Positions 63,957-64,000 of a stretch of 64,000 bases of DNA are shown piece after piece. How positions within the stretch are numbered: position 1 is the first letter of the stretch; every line of letters starts with the position of its first letter. The position numbers and the translations under genes were made by a program. Below the pieces are notes generated by a model. It was not told the origin of the DNA and made no database searches. It worked only from the letters and a program-made list of their open reading frames with translations. The DNA lies in IMG/VR virus record IMGVR_UViG_3300025695_000007, positions 1 to 64,000 of that record. One strand, 5' to 3'. Source of the stretch: a virus.

Positions 63957-63985
63957 ATTATACTTCAATTTTTTGAAATTGTCAA
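63957..63985 (-). promoter_or_regulatory. Sigma70-type promoter (MTase-like gene; probably leaderless)
   Basis: AAAAATTC-TTGACA-17nt-TATAAT, ATG 6 nt downstream. Confidence 0.8.
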
Positions 63986-64000
63986 GAATTTTTTGCAATC

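Noticed and set aside
1-64000. Prophage or lysogeny module
   Set aside because: No integrase, repressor, att site or host genes seen.

Overview
The window is 64 kb of a lytic T5-like (Demerecviridae-type) siphophage genome, probably marine (PhoH, ThyX, DenV-like glycosylase, marine-type fibre modules). From 1 to 22.0 kb (+ strand) it carries a holin/lysozyme pair, nucleotide genes and the T5 replication block in T5 order: D2, D3, PC4-like protein, split NAD-ligase, D5, helicase, primase, PolA, D10-D15, then class Ia RNR. From 64 to 22.2 kb (- strand) it carries the late block: a C5-MTase-like gene, TerS, a ~2.9 kb insert of lysis-like and very basic micro-genes, TerL, HNH nickase, portal, a fused prohead protease-major capsid ORF, neck and tail genes, a lambda-type tail tip (M, L, K, fused I-J) and ~15 kb of fibre/adhesin genes. 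The two blocks converge on a bidirectional terminator near 22.03 kb. Twelve near-consensus sigma70 promoters sit at gene boundaries. The most notable observations are: (1) a coupled cluster of tiny K/R-rich proteins plus an EF-hand protein between TerS and TerL; (2) a protease-capsid fusion with an internal capsid start behind a multi-hairpin RNA; (3) promoters embedded in SD-sequestering hairpins; (4) a -1 frameshift signal with a stimulatory hairpin in the tail chaperones; (5) a beta-propeller adhesin whose repeats form a DNA-level mosaic. I found no tRNA, CRISPR array, reverse transcriptase or integrase. Family assignments come from recalled motifs and synteny, not database searches.
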